Assembly (NCBI RefSeq): GCF_001194135.2
Contig: NC_068999.1
Location: 5,028,745 to 5,092,744, forward strand
Source of the DNA: Octopus bimaculoides
Taxonomy: Eukaryota
Direction: 5' to 3'
DNA: 64,000 nt
Positions 45,824 through 56,984 of this stretch are shown here, piece by piece. Below the pieces are notes generated by a model. That model was not told where the DNA came from and made no database searches. It saw nothing but the letters and a program-made list of their open reading frames with translations. Each line of letters opens with the position of its first letter. The stretch's first letter is position 1. The position numbers and the translations under genes were made by a program.

Positions 45824-46712
45824 CATATAGTGTTTTTTGAAGTCTGTGTTGCGTTGTGTTGACAGACTTGCAATTGAAATTTCCACGTTTTAATCAAAAC
45901 TTGTTAGTTACTAAGAGGACAACACTACCTACTTATCTATCTTTCGTTGTATTTCCTTCTCGACAACAACTTTTTCTCTTCCCCTTCTTTCCTCTCTGTA
46001 CACAAGAGTTGTTAAGGACAGATAGATGGAGATCAGCTTCTCTTTTGTAAATCAAACGAATGTAGTTTTTCAATAGAAATATGGTAGCAGAAGGGTTAAT
46101 ATTGTAAAATATGTTTCCATATTTTAAAATATATTTATGTTTACTGTAGGACAATGTTAAGGTTATCATCAAAAATGACTGATGGTAGAATATAAAAAAA
46201 GACATAAAAGTTTTAAAAAATAAAGATAAATAGTTTCTTTTTTCTCATTTACCTTGTGGCACCAGGAAGATATATTCGGAATAACTAGTGAATGGGTAAT
46301 TCATGGCAAAATGGTACACCAGAACAATGGAATGGCTGTCAAGAAAAGATCACGAAAACAAACAGTAAAACAGAAAAATTAATTAATTGATTAATTAATT
46401 AATGGAAATAAACAAATAAGTTGCCTCCATTATCATCACCTCCACTACTACCATCGCCACCACCACTACCTCATTACCACCACCATTCCTGGAAAAACAA
46501 ACAAACAAATAAAGAGCAAACAAAAGGTGACCAACTTACCCACAAGTCTCAGTCAATATTGCCCGCAAACTGACACTTTTGGCCTTCTTAGCGTGAAGAA
46601 TATTTCTAATCTGTGGCATCTTAATGAACATACTGCACAGAGCAATTAAAAAACTAATTATGTAAAAATGGAATGTACTAGAGTCACTGTTATTAATCTC
46701 GTAGCCAAACAT
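42773..46712 (-). CDS. SLC66A3: PQ-loop repeat protein SLC66A3/PQLC3-like, complete 6-exon CDS, 657 nt / 218 aa
   Basis: Exons 46712-46540, 46335-46253, 45424-45352, 44517-44451, 43672-43552, 42912-42773 join in phase. Motifs KMPQI, YPFTSYSEYIFLVPQDLILL, SKSLQI..SKDVGQLSFTTW and ARLLTSLYETGD fit the MPDU1/PQLC3 family; the YP..Y.EY..L..QD.ILL block favours PQLC3 (comparison from memory). Confidence 0.85.
43552..43672 (-). CDS. SLC66A3: SLC66A3 exon 5 (ILATPISFFSKSLQIYSLHQSKDVGQLSFTTWLATTVCST)
   Basis: Second PQ-loop-like repeat; inside ORF 43493..43735. Confidence 0.88.
43984..44360 (+). mobile_element. Abundant SINE family B, near full-length copy; others at ~12330-12700, 19955-20100, 24478-24535, 50885-51040, 55540-55680, 60290-60430
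   Basis: Repeated GGCTGTGTGGTAAGAAG.TTGCTTCCCAACCACATGGTT..GGGTTCAGTCCCACTG...CTTGGGCAAGT.TCTTCTACTATAGCC...GTGGATTTGGTAGA.GGAAACTGAAAGAAG; A/B-box-like head. Confidence 0.85.
44451..44517 (-). CDS. SLC66A3: SLC66A3 exon 4 (YFFSCIFLASGVISNAVLKIAI)
   Basis: Preceded by U12 branch site TTCCTTAAC; GTAAGT donor. Confidence 0.82.
44518..45351 (-). other. U12-type (minor spliceosome) GT-AG intron, 834 nt
   Basis: 5' splice site GTATCCTTTT (45351-45342); branch site TTCCTTAAC ending 11 nt before the TAG acceptor end; frame preserved. Confidence 0.88.
44712..44940 (-). mobile_element. Abundant SINE family A, near full-length copy; others at ~2194-2390, 8217-8400, 11244-11430, 12773-12920, 13005-13180, 17680-17890, 21380-21590, 28840-28975, 28995-29160, 43145-43465, 51205-51410, 63790-63900
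   Basis: Repeated GGCAGAA.C.TTAGCA.GCC.GGC.AAATGCTTAG...GTTCTGAGTTCAAATTCC.C.GAGGTC.ACTTTGCCTTTCATCCTTT..GGGTCGATAAA.TAAGTACCAGTT. Confidence 0.85.
45352..45424 (-). CDS. SLC66A3: SLC66A3 exon 3 (DLILLCILLYYNDRFDMRVVTGFM)
   Basis: Followed by U12 donor GTATCCTTT. Confidence 0.85.
46253..46335 (-). CDS. SLC66A3: SLC66A3 exon 2 (HSIVLVYHFAMNYPFTSYSEYIFLVPQ)
   Basis: AG/GT, phase fits. Confidence 0.88.
46540..46712 (-). CDS. SLC66A3: SLC66A3 exon 1 (MFGYEIN...FIKMPQIRNILHAKKAKSVSLRAILTETC)
   Basis: PQ motif; GTAAGT donor. Confidence 0.85.
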
Positions 46713-47115
46713 ATTTAGGCAGTAAATCAGCTTTACACTGGGTTGTAGAGTTCTTCTTTGTTATAGAAAGATCTGGAATGATGTGTCTCGTGTCAGGAAA
46801 CCAAAGTTGCAGTGTGTGTATTGCGGAAAATAGACATCATCTGAAATAAAAGAAAAAAAAAAAGGAAAATGTTTTTGTAAATATATATATATATGGTTTG
46901 TAGACTTTACCTGTTGTTCTTCTGAAATTGATAAACTTCTTAAAAATCTCTTGACCATCTCCGGGCAAAACAAAACTACAAGTAGCAGAACCAGCATCAA
47001 CACCACTGCCACCAGTAAGGTGATGCCCCAGCATGACCGCAGTGCAATGACTGAAAGAAAGTTTGCATATGCGTCTGTGCATACACACACACATATATAT
47101 TCATACACAATACAT

Positions 47116-47147
<32 letters not shown>

Positions 47148-47577
47148 NNNNNNNNNNNNNNNNNNNNNNNNNNNNNNNNNNNNNNNNNNNNNNNNNNNNN
47201 NNNNNNNNNNNNNNNNNNNNNNNNNNNNNNNNNNNNNNNNNNNNNNNNNNNNNNNNNNNNNNNNNNNNNNNNNNNNNNNNNNNNNNNNNNNNNNNNNNNN
47301 NNNNNNNNNNNNNNNNNNNNNNNNNNNNNNNNNNNNNNNNNNNNNNNNNNNNNNNNNNNNNNNNNNNNNNNNNNNNNNNNNNNNNNNNNNNNNNNNNNNN
47401 NNNNNNNNNNNNNNNNNNNNNNNNNNNNNNNNNNNNNNNNNNNNNNNNNNNNNNNNNNNNNNNNNNNNNNNNNNNNNNNNNNNNNNNNNNNNNNNNNNNN
47501 NNNNNNNNNNNNNNNNNNNNNNNNNNNNNNNNNNNNNNNNNNNNNNNNNNNNNNNNNNNNNNNNNNNNNNNNNNNNN

Positions 47578-47625
<48 letters not shown>

Positions 47626-47765
47626 ACATATATATATATGTATACATACATATACATATATAATATATACACATATATATGTATGTGTGTGTGTGTGTGT
47701 GTGGTGTGTAGTGGCTTAATGCAAGCATGGCATGGATTCGATCCTCGATCGCCATATTTAATTTA

Positions 47766-47804
47766 ACAGTTCAACAGCACTTTTCCCAAGTGCTGTTGAA
47801 CTGT
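47766..47804. repeat. Perfect 17-bp inverted repeat with 5-nt loop
   Basis: ACAGTTCAACAGCACTT-TTCCC-AAGTGCTGTTGAACTGT. Confidence 0.9.
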
Positions 47805-48400
47805 GACTGAAACAATTACATTTGCCAGATGCCTTCGCTAAGCAGAATAACAGCTTTGCCACTTGAACCTTCTAACCTCTTCTATGCCACCAAAAGCTAG
47901 AATAGAGATAACAGGTACCACCAACGAAAACTATTGTTCTCAATAATATGGCTTTAAATGATTATTCCGGAGCATAGTCATCATCTACTTCAATTACTGC
48001 TTCCCATTTGCTTGGCAGACGGTCAGACCGTCATTTAAAGATGCTTTTGTTAAATATTGTTATTGTTTTTTTTTTTATATATAAAATTTGTTAAAAAACA
48101 AAGCCGCTATAATTATGCACCAACCCAATAATTATACATACCAACCCGTCGTGGTTTTGGATATATACAAAGTGACGGCAAATAAATATTTCTTTACAAC
48201 TTCTATCACTGTTCTTCGTTCATCTTGCACACCTGCAACAGCAATACCTGACTCCAACAAAAATCACAATACAAACCGTTACACTGGCAACCAACACCTT
48301 AAAATCGATCGTTACAATTGTTGACCCTCAACTGTAACGAAGAACTAACCGTTATGTATATAAAATTATATATAAGTCTAAAATTTTATATATATACATA

Positions 48401-48682
48401 TACAGGGTTGGCCAAAAGTAACCCGATTATAAAAATCAAAGTTCCATAAATACTATTTATAATTCTGTATTGACTCGAATGGAAAAATATGGGTTAATAT
48501 CTAGGCGTGGATCTAGATATTAACCAAAATGTGTTGCTCAAGAAGGACTTCAGTTTGAACTATTTTCATGGTGTTTCATATTTAGATGCTTTTATAAAAT
48601 TCATTTAGTTAAACATAAATAAATCTTTGAATTAAATCGTTTTGATTTACTGTGTCAGGTGACTTCTTTGGGTCAACCTTAT
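48401..48682. mobile_element. Tc1-like MITE remnant
   Basis: TACAGGGTTGGCCAAAAGT with degenerate partner GACTTCTTTGGGTCAACCTTATA. Confidence 0.5.
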
Positions 48683-48967
48683 ATTTATATATACACACAT
48701 ACATACAACGTACACACACGTATATGTATATATATATATATATATATATAGCGATCTTACGTTNNNNNNNNNNNNNNNNNNNNNNNNNNNNNNNNNNNNN
48801 NNNNNNNNNNNNNNNNNNNNNNNNNNNNNNNNNNNNNNNNNNNNNNNNNNNNNNNNNNNNNNNNNNNNNNNTATAATTTAATAATAAGGGTAGAAATTGA
48901 TATTAATCAATTAAAAGCAGTGGTCCAGCATATTAAAAACAATCCGAAGATTAAAATTATATTACAT

Positions 48968-49089
48968 ACACAAATAAGAGGAATGACCAGCAAAATATGC
49001 TAGAAATAGATGCCGAATCATTTAACCAGGTGATTCGGCATCTATTTCTAGCATATAGGAGTCCAGTTTTGCTGGTCATTCCTCTTATT

Positions 49090-49094
<5 letters not shown>
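48968..49094. repeat. Near-perfect ~127-bp palindrome/hairpin
   Basis: ACACAAATAAGAGGAATGACCAGCAAAA + TATGCTAGAAATAGATGCCGAATCA / 10-nt loop / exact complements with one short bulge. Confidence 0.9.
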
Positions 49095-49121
<27 letters not shown>

Positions 49122-49266
49122 ATTATTATGGTATATATAAATATAAAATTATATATCAATAAATATGAAATTATGTATGTATGTACGAAAGCAAAGCGAT
49201 AAAGTAAAAAAAAGAAAAAGAAAGTAAGAAGTTGTTGAGTGTCGGTCAACTGTTTTCGAGTACGTT

Positions 49267-49279
49267 GTTGCCTGGCAAC
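49267..49279. promoter_or_regulatory. RFX X-box (GTTGCCTGGCAAC) with overlapping CCAAT, 39-51 nt upstream of the RSPH10B ATG
   Basis: Exact fit to GTNRCC-N(0-3)-RGYAAC; ciliary genes are canonical RFX targets. Confidence 0.75.
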
Positions 49280-49317
49280 CAATACACGCTAACACATGTT
49301 CTAGCGAAAGACAGAGA

Positions 49318-49523
49318 ATGGCGAGGAAGAAAGTGGCGAAAAGAACGGACGAGATATTAGTTACCGAGGAAGAAAAGACGGAGCCGAGTTCTTGGGAAAA
49401 CGAAGACGTGGAGGAAACGGAACAGCAGCAGCAACCACCAGCCGAAGCGGTGCAAGATGAGACGGAAGTGACAACTTCTTGTGTGACTGAAGGCCCCTTA
49501 TTGACCAATGTGGTGATAAAAAC
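49318..49523 (+). CDS. RSPH10B: RSPH10B exon 1 (MARKKVAKRTDE...GPLLTNVVIK)
   Basis: ORF 49318..49527; donor GTAAGC. Confidence 0.85.
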
Positions 49524-52500
49524 GTAAGCGATCGTCATTGGAATTTAAACGTTTGTTGTCAAAACATCAGGCAACAGCGTTTACAGGGTGTATAGGAACA
49601 CTACACTGTGTATGTGTGTGCGCTTGTGTGTACAGTGATTCCTCGATTATCGCGGGGGTTGCGTTTCCAAAACCCTCCCCCCGCGATAGGTGAAAAATCC
49701 GCTATGTAGAAACAGTACTGTACTGTGTGTGTATATATATATATATATTTTTTAAATTATTTTTATAATTTGTATATATTTATTTTATTACAAATGCAGA
49801 AACATCACGGAGGAATCGGACGCAAGCTTAAGTAATAAACCGCGATGTGGCGAGGGATTAGTGGTGCATATATAAATAGATACGGTAGTAGTTCGGTTTT
49901 CGGACAGCTCTGATCGCGAATGAGTCGTGCTTTATATATATATATATATNNNNNNNNNNNNNNNNNNNNNNNNNNNNNNNNNNNNNNNNNNNNNNNNNNN
50001 NNNNNNNNNNNNNNNNNNNNNNNNNNNNNNNNNNNNNNNNNNNNNNNNNNNNNNNNNNNNNNNNNNNNNNNNNNNNNNNNNNNNNNNNNNNNNNNNNNNN
50101 NNNNNNNNNNNNNNNNNNNNNNNNNNNNNNNNNNNNNNNNNNNNNNNNNNNNNNNNNNNNNNNNNNNNNNNNNNNNNNNNNNNNNNNNNNNNNNNNNNNN
50201 NNNNNNNNNNNNNNNNNNNNNNNNNNNNNNNNNNNNNNNNNNNNNNNNNNNNNNNNNNNNNNNNNNNNNNNNNNNNNNNNNNNNNNNNNNNNNNNNNNNN
50301 NNNNNNNNNNNNNNNNNNNNNNNNNNNNNNNNNNNNNNNNNNNNNNNNNNNNNNNNNNNNNNNNNNNNNNNNNNNNNNNNNNNNNNNNNNNNNNNNNNNN
50401 NNNNNNNNNNNNNNNNNNNNNNNNNNNNNNNNNNNNNNNNNNNNNNNNNNNNNNNNNNNNNNNNNNNNNNNNNNNNNNNNNNNNNNNNNNNNNNNNNNNN
50501 NNNNNNNNNNNNNNNNNNNNNNNNNNNNNNNNNNNNNNNNNNNNNNNNNNNNNNNNNNNNNNNNNNNNNNNNNNNNNNNNNNNNNNNNNNNNNNNNNNNN
50601 NNNNNNNNNNNNNNNNNNNNNNNNNNNNNNNNNNNNNNNNNNNNNNNNNNNNNNNNNNNNNNNNNNNNNNNNNNNNNNNNNNNNNNNNNNNNNNNNNNNN
50701 NNNNNNNNNNNNNNNNNNNNNNNNNNNNNNNNNNNNNNNNNNNNNNNNNAGAGGGAAAAACCTCTCCATCAAAACAAAACTCTCCCCAGACACAACAAAA
50801 TCTGTTTCAACACATGGATTCACATAAAGAATATTGCAAACCAGATAAAAAAACGAAGTGTGTGTGTGTGTGTAGTGAGAGAGGCATGGGTGGGGGGCTT
50901 TGTGGTAAGAAGCTTGCTTCCCAACCACATGGTTTCAGGTTCAGTCCCACTGGGTGGCACCTGGATCAAGTGTCATCTACTGTAGCTTTGGGCTGACTAA
51001 ATCCTTGTGAGTGGATTTGACAGACGGAAACTGAAAGAAGCCTGGGGGAGTTTACCATAAGTAAAACGAAAAATTAAAGAGGTAAACAGAGAAATATGTT
51101 ACAGAAGTTTAGTTTGATCGTTTTTACCCAATCAGAAAACAGGACTTGTACGTAATACCTGTCTTCAATTTTTCAATATTACTGTATTCCCTAAATAAAA
51201 CTGTGAGCTGACAGAATGGTTAGAATGCCAGGCAAAATGCTTAGCGACATTTCATCTGTGTTTATATTCTGAGTGCAAACTATGCTGAGGTCAACTTTGC
51301 CTTTCATTTTTTCAGAGTCGATAAAATAGATACCAGTCATGCACTGCGGTCAATGTAATCGACTTACCCCCTCCCCTGGACTTGATGGCCTCATGCCAAA
51401 AGTTGAAATCAATATTATTGTATTTTCTTGACCTTGAAAAAGTTTGAAAGCCAAAAATAAGACTTATATTAACACACAATCACATTAAACAATAATGATG
51501 ACAACAACAATGACAGTGATGATGTTGTGAATTACATCAATGGCAGTAGCAACAACAACAACATGAAAATAGACACAAAGAATTTATTAAAAAATATTTG
51601 CAAAATGTATTTACTTTCTTTTACTTCAGATATGAGGGCAAATTTTTAAATGGCTTGTTTGAAGGTGAAGGTTATATGGAATTTATTGATGGGCATATTT
51701 ATAAAGTAAGTATAATCATTGTTTGACATAAAACTGCAAATGAATATATATGTATGTATGTTTGTATGTAAGTATGTATGTATGGTTGTATGTGTGTNNN
51801 NNNNNNNCACAGCATTAATGAGACGAGTGAAAGAACTTCTAAGATTGATGGAAGGAAAGGAAGCAATTGAACTTCAGATAGGAAATCTGGATTGAAAGCG
51901 TGCAACAGGGTGGGGCCCTATCAAAGGTATGTTCAAGGAGTAGGGGGTGTTAAACTGGGTGTCAGGTTAAATCTGCTGCCAATAAAAGACAGAAACGGTG
52001 GTCTCTTCAATGGGTTTCCATAAACAGAGACATGGAAAATATTGGTCCAAAATGGAGTACCGCCTCCACATCGGAGCAACACTACAGCAATTTATTCCTT
52101 GTGTGCATCGACTAGCAATTGTTGAAGACAAATGTTGACAGCATTGTCTTCACAGGTATCGGAGTCAGGAGGGTGCGAAAGCCATAGATACAGACCCCCC
52201 CCCCCNNNNNNNNNNNNNNNNNNNNNNNNNNNNNNNNNNNNNNNNNNNNNNNNNNNNNNNNNNNNNNNNNNNNNNNNNNNNNNNNNGTCGTCTACACCTA
52301 ACAGGCCCCTACCAAAACAAACAAAAACAGCTTATTACTTTATTTTATCAGATAACTAAATATAACATTAATGTCGACAGACTCAGTCGAAGGAAACTGG
52401 GTATTTTGCCATGTAAGCCACTGTTTAGAGCACGAGTATTAAGAAACAACCGTACGAACATGCCGAAAGGAGGTCTGAAGAGAAACAAAATCCTACGTAA

Positions 52501-55500
52501 GGGAGATGACTCCCAACAGAATAAATAGATATTTTCTCTTTATCTCCCTTTAATTTATCTTTCAGTTGAATAAATACTGTTCAAATGGAGAACAACTTTC
52601 AGCTACGAATGATAGCAATTAATTGTTGGTTAATTCTATAAGTTTTGTCGACAAACGACTGAAAATGCTTTTTTGGAAATTATAAAACTTATTAGAATAT
52701 TTACATTTATATTACATCCTCATTGACGTCCTGAACAACTCATCGCAATGCCATCATCATTCATTCATTCATTCACTAACACTCTACAAAATACATGGAG
52801 CCACATTTTCCTCCTCGGTCTACTCTTGACTCAGGCTTATATCTCAGTCAAAAAAGCATGTCTGATTAACGTCACTTGAGGCGATGTAAGCATTCACTAT
52901 ATCGACCCAATCTTCCAGCAATAGCTTCATTCCAGCTCATTTCTTAATGAGAATAGCCACAATTTTGGTTACCCTCGTTTAGTTCTTGTCCACGCAGAGT
53001 TCTGGTAATTGTTCATACTAGTTGTTGAGCTCTTCAAATGAAATCAGAGATAACTACTGATCAATAAAAACTTCCCTTCTCAAACGACAAATTACCAGAC
53101 GCACGACCGTTCCTACTTGATCTGAGTTCTTATTGTCATCTCAAGTTCTTCCAATTTTGTGTGATTACCTCGATTTGCCAGGAGTCCGATACTATAGTGG
53201 TGACCGTTTGTATATACAGACATAGTCAATCATTTCTGCATCTGTAGCCCAAATATACAATATCGGTTTGAAAAGTACCCTTAACTCACTGTCTGTGTTA
53301 TTTCTAACGGTTCTGGTAAATAAACTGCTTACAGTGGCCACTGATCAGATGCACGTGAACAAGGCAGAGACCCAACCTCTGAAGACGGAAATAAAACTGG
53401 TTAGTCTTAGAACATCAGCCAATAGTTGCAATGATTCACGTAATCGGATACTTTCGATTGATTTATATTTTATTAGAGTCTCCAATGAATGGCTTTAATA
53501 TGCAGGCATGACTGTGTGGTTAAGAAGTTCACTTCGAAATTACGTGGTTTCAGGTTCAATTGTACTACATGGGCCATTGTGCCAGTAAGTTCATTTCTAA
53601 CAGCCAGCCCATAACTGGCCCCAAAGCTCAATTCCATGCCATCGTCCATCCCCACCAATCCTGTGTGTCGCATTAAATGTAAATTCTGAAATTGCCTCTT
53701 GGTGAGCAAAACTGAACATCAAACTCCTTCATGGTGTTCAGAATAACACCCAAGGAATATTCAAACCCATAGTTAGATATTTTGATTCATTTACTCATTT
53801 CTTCAACCACTTCTTTGTATACGGAGTCCTCCTACATCAGACTTCAACATCCCCCATGAACAAAGAAAAAACGCAATTAATCTTTACTTCACAAGACTCA
53901 ATAAACATCTCAGACTCTCGTAGTTGGCCTAACTTTTATCTCTACCATTTTTCTCTACTTCAAGCAGTGTATTACCGGCTAATGACGACCCTATCCACTC
54001 TTTGTGGTTAGTTTTAGAAGTACTTGATTCTGTTGTTATTGTTGTTTGAACCCAGGTCGGCCCTAACTGAGCGGGCCCACGGTCGAGGTGAGAGACCACT
54101 TGGTCCAATGAGATAAACATTATAATTACATTTTTGTGTTTTTTCCTCCTAGGGTTCTTTCCATCAAGGTCTGATGCATGGTCGCGGATATTACAAATGG
54201 AATGATGGTGTCACCTATGAGGTATATAAAACCTAAAACGATTTTTCAAGATTATTTAACTTCATTTTGAAAAATTGGTAGCCTAATGTTTAGACAACTG
54301 GACTCTCGATCATAGAGTCGTTGGTGCGATTCAAGGTTTGAGAAGCACATTGTGACGTTGGGTGGTCGTGGGATGTGCTAAAAGTACCAGCTAAATCAAC
54401 TTTAAATTACAAACAAAAAAAAATTTTCTTTCGTTCATAATCATATGAATTCCTGTGTGTAGAACACAAATTCGCAAAATTTTTCTTAAAATTCCAAAAA
54501 ATAATAAATGTTATGAGGGATTATATATGATATGTTGTTAATATTTACATTATATGTAAGTTCATTTTTATCTAAAAACAAAAAATAATAGGCAAAACAA
54601 TCATCTCTGCCACCACAGCAAAAACAACCACCATCACTAGCAACCAGGGCTGTGGAGTCAAAACAAAAAACTGACTCCTCTACTATTGGCACCTCCAACT
54701 CTGACTCCGACTCCTCTTTATGTAATAAAGTGATTGTGGTCTACATATCTCATAAAGCATATGCATACACTTGTGCTTTGACTAGGACTATAGGTTATAA
54801 TTGTTTTATATCAAAGAATAAAGACATTATGAGTCAGAGTCAGTATAGTTTTACCAACTCTGACTCCAGCTACCCCTTAATTACTTCTGACTCCACGACT
54901 CCGACTCCACAGCCCTGTTAGCAATACCATGAGAAGTACCAACTAACAGATCATAAGTTGTTGCTATTATGCAAACGTCTCGTAAGTCCAAAATGTTACT
55001 TTTTCAGAAAACAAAGAAACAGTTTCACCATTCCATAGCAAAACCGTTCTACTACACTTTTGTTAATTGTTGACATCTTGGCATCTGAAGCAGCTGGAGA
55101 TACGATAGTTTGACCAAAAGAACTGGTTATTGGAAGCAAAAATAAATATTGCAAAAAAACGCATTTGGCCAAATTTGGACATACGACAGTTTAACATAGT
55201 AGCAAGAATATCTATTTTTATTTTGAGAATCAACACACACACACCTGCATATATCTTAATATATAAAACAGAGTGTGTGTGTGTGTGTAGGTATGTTCCT
55301 TATGGATTCAAAAACTGAGTTGCTGATTTTGACATATGAGGTATCAAAAAATCCAGTAATCTTTCAGCAGCAAATAAAGTATGTTTTTTGCACAACTCTT
55401 TTTTACTACAAAAATAACCTCGAAAACAAGGTCAGGTTGCACAGTTTTGAAGTCTTTAGCTAAAGGTGGTAACTCTGCCAGACACAATACTCAATTTCAC

Positions 55501-56388
55501 GACAAATGTAAACACACACACACACATTAAGTACAAGAATGACTGTGTGGTTGAGAAGTTTGCTTCCCAACCACATGGTTTCGTGTTCAGTTCCTCTGCA
55601 TGGTACCTTGGGCAAGTGTTTTCTACTATAGCCCTAGGCCAACCACAGACTTATGACTGAATTTGGTAGAAAGAAACTGCAGCGTTTTTCACCAGAAAAT
55701 GATCAAAAACCATGCTTATAAAGAAGAGCTGTTTGCTTCATATTCCTCGTGTGTCAATTCTTCCCATAAGAAAAGAACAAATAATACAATGTTACTGTAG
55801 GTCATAACACCCGGGCAATGTCAGGGTGCATTGCTAGTGTATAATATATATGTGTGTGTATGTTTATATATGTATGTATGTATACTTTACAGGGAGACTT
55901 TATGTTTAACTACATCACAGGTAAAGGAACATACACCTACTTAGATGGAAGGTGAGTATTATTGATCTTTATTGAACTTGATTGGTCGATAGCTTTTTCT
56001 ATGTTTGTGTCCTTTAACTTAACTTAATAACTACGACCATAACGGAGCACCTACTTCACACTTGAATATTCTTTGACCTTCGTGTCATCTCTATGTGTGT
56101 CGTCTCGGTGGAGACTACTCTATTTTAGTTGTATAATTTGTGGGCCTTGAGGTCTCAAACTTGTTGTGTGGGTCCCTATAACCTCCCTAAAAACCAGGCC
56201 ACTTCAACCCTTTATTCTCTTCTTCACTCTCTTCTATTACAAACCATATTTTCATGTGGTTGCTGTGGTTTAACCCCATGTCAGCTCTGACTGGATAGAG
56301 GCTTATGATCAGATATTCCAAACATGACCATTCCATCTGTTATGGTATCTAGGACAAAATTATCAATTGTTCACTTTCTCTTTCTGTG

Positions 56389-56445
<57 letters not shown>

Positions 56446-56946
56446 NNNNNNNNNNNNNNNNNNNNNNNNNNNNNNNNNNNNNNNNNNNNNNNNNNNNNNN
56501 NNNNNNNNNNNNNNNNNNNNNNNNNNNNNNNNNNNNNNNNNNNNNNNNNNNNNNNNNNNNNNNNNNNNNNNNNNNNNNNNNNNNNNNNNNNNNNNNNNNN
56601 NNNNNNNNNNNNNNNNNNNNNNNNNNNNNNNNNNNNNNNNNNNNNNNNNNNNNNNNNNNNNNNNNNNNNNNNNNNNNNNNNNNNNNNNNNNNNNNNNNNN
56701 NNNNNNNNNNNNNNNNNNNNNNNNNNNNNNNNNNNNNNNNNNNNNNNNNNNNNNNNNNNNNNNNNCCCTTTATTCTCTTCTTCACTCTCTTCTATTACAA
56801 ACCATATTTTCATGTGGTTGCTGTGGTTTAACCCCATGTCAGCTCTGACTGGATAGAGGCTTATGATCAGATATTCCAAACATGACCATTCCATCTGTTA
56901 TGGTATCTAGGACAAAATTATCAATTGTTCACTTTCTCTTTCTGTG

Positions 56947-56984
<38 letters not shown>

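Noticed and set aside
42773-46712. MPDU1 assignment
   Set aside because: It shares ETGD and GQLS, but lacks the MPDU1 N-terminal extension and has the PQLC3-type YP..Y.EY..L..QD.ILL and T-W motifs; a reciprocal BLAST would settle it.
52760-53220. Possible transposase remnant in RSPH10B intron 2
   Set aside because: Looks like decayed coding DNA, but no diagnostic motif could be read in any frame.
56210-56980. Biological tandem duplication in an RSPH10B intron
   Set aside because: Identical copies, each ending in (AT)n, on both sides of a gap are typical of unmerged contig ends.
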